In this document: positions 62,333-64,000 of the stretch, one piece after another
Numbering within the stretch: position 1 is the stretch's first letter
Layout: each line of letters starts with the position of its first letter
Source: Octopus sinensis
Lineage: Eukaryota
Assembly (NCBI RefSeq): GCF_006345805.1
Contig: NC_042997.1
Span: forward strand, 95,852,001-95,916,000
DNA length: 64,000 bases
Direction: 5' to 3'
Program-made: the position numbers and the translations under genes
The notes under the pieces: generated by a model
The model's input: the letters and a program-made list of their open reading frames with translations, nothing else
Databases searched by the model: none
What the model was told of the DNA's origin: nothing

Positions 62333-64000
62333 TATTATATACATATCTTATATTTTACTTGTTCCACTCATTAGACTGCTGCCATATACACATGCATTCA
62401 TACGTACTCTCTCACACACACACACACATATATATATATATGTGTGTGTGTGTGTATGTGTGTGATGTTTAATGGATGGTGGAATGATAAAGTATTTGAG
62501 TATCTGATAGAAACGTGTACAAACTTGTATATTAAATCTAATTGCTTGCTCGTTTTCCTACGTCTGGCATTCCATTTTATTTTCTACTTAAACAGAATTA
62601 ATTTTGTTTCACTCACGTCTAGACTCATTCATAAGTAGGCTTATTAATTGTAATCTTATACTGCATAAGCCAAACAGGTTGATGTAATTGTTACTATTTC
62701 TAAATGTCTACATGTATAAATAGGTATAGTAATATATCACATTTCGTTAATTGCTGCGTGAATCATTAGATACGATTGACGAAGAATATCATTTGCATCC
62801 TGTATTTGAGATTCTGTATTGTGAGTTGTATTACATTGCTGCTTAACTAGGTAGAAATTGGGTACAATAAAATAGTATAACATATAGTAAAATCTAATAT
62901 GTCTCATAGTAGAAAACCGTGCAGTGTTGTAAGTAATTTTAAAGTGGTGATATGGAATCATTTCTTTTGGGTGTGCTTCGAAGGGGAATGTACACGCTTC
63001 AAGTAGGACTACTTCTTCACGAACGGGTATGAAGCAGTAAGTTGGATGTTAGACCGTTGTCGATTACCATCGTTGATGATCTCATCTCTAAGCTATCTCG
63101 AAAGCTATTTGAGCTTACAATGAGAGGATATTTTCATAGTACTAATGGAGGTTGCAAGCTCATTAATATTGTGGTATTTAGCCTGTAGTAGATAATCTAA
63201 TATGCAAATACAGATAGAGCTAGCAGGAAATTGATGGTAATCTAAGGGAAATACATATGCTCTGCTTTTACAGTTCCTTTTGGTAGAATAAGAATTAATC
63301 TGTATAATAATTACATGTATCCCCTTGCAACTCAGAAGTATTAGAAGTCACAATGATGACCTATCTCTGACCGACAGGTAAAAACGGTTTATAATTACGG
63401 ATGCCTTTGTTCTTTGGACACATGATTCAGAGTTAGATCCAGCTTATATTTGTTATCGTTAAATCAGCACTTTTGTATCACTTACTTCACGTAAGCCACA
63501 AAGTTTGTTATTTTCTCTTTATATTTTCTCTTTATAATAATCCGCGCCCACAGAAGAATCCAAATTCATACTCTGATATTAAGAAATAACATAGCTGATG
63601 TTGTTTAGACGGGCGAGACATTTCATTGTAACGCAAAAGACCTGACGACGTATACGTATTCCACTCATGTATAATCTACATATATATTCCAGTCATGTAT
63701 AATTCCACATCCAAAGAACAAACAATACTGAATAACAGTAACTGTTGGCTAACCAATTAGAGGAATTTTACGCATGATGACAAAAGACAAGATGAACATG
63801 GAATTTAAATATGAATTCGAAGTGTACCATGCATGAACTAGCTGTTATCGACCTCAATAAGGCGTGAACAACTTCATAGTCATCGCTGTCTTCTTCTTCT
63901 GTACGAACCATTTATTTCATTTAATTACCAGTGTCACTGGCTAGCTAATGGATTTCAAGTTTTTCCGCACTGTTTATGAAGATCATATCTAGAAGGTTAT

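Overview
This is AT-rich, repeat-dense eukaryotic DNA with no convincing host exon, rRNA, genuine tRNA gene or CRISPR array. The tRNA-derived SINE families and microsatellite load suggest an octopus (coleoid cephalopod) genome; this is inferred from composition and remembered repeat families, not from a search. The window is a mosaic of mobile elements: a non-autonomous Helitron, L1/Tx1-like, CR1/L2-like and R4/Dong-like LINE remnants, a ~5.8 kb Penelope-like element (RT plus GIY-YIG, two pseudo-LTRs), several Tc1/mariner elements (DD34E, DD34D-derived, DD41D), a Chapaev3-like remnant, and at least four SINE types. Four observations stand out. (1) Two diverged copies of an apparently ORF1-only retroelement (10843-11598 and 33572-34530) are joined to the same nucleotide of a SINE's tRNA-like head, and one shows an L1-type twin-priming inversion; this is a candidate SINE-targeting 'half-LINE' system. 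(2) A cluster of type I hammerhead ribozyme motifs lies at 2.1-2.9 kb, one of them masked by a perfect 55-bp inverted repeat, and variant-core minimal hammerhead-like motifs occur in the Penelope pLTRs. (3) A LINE 3' end and the commonest SINE share a tail with a covarying stem-loop. (4) There are several fold-back inverted repeats. All alignments were done by eye, so coordinates of degenerate repeats are approximate.
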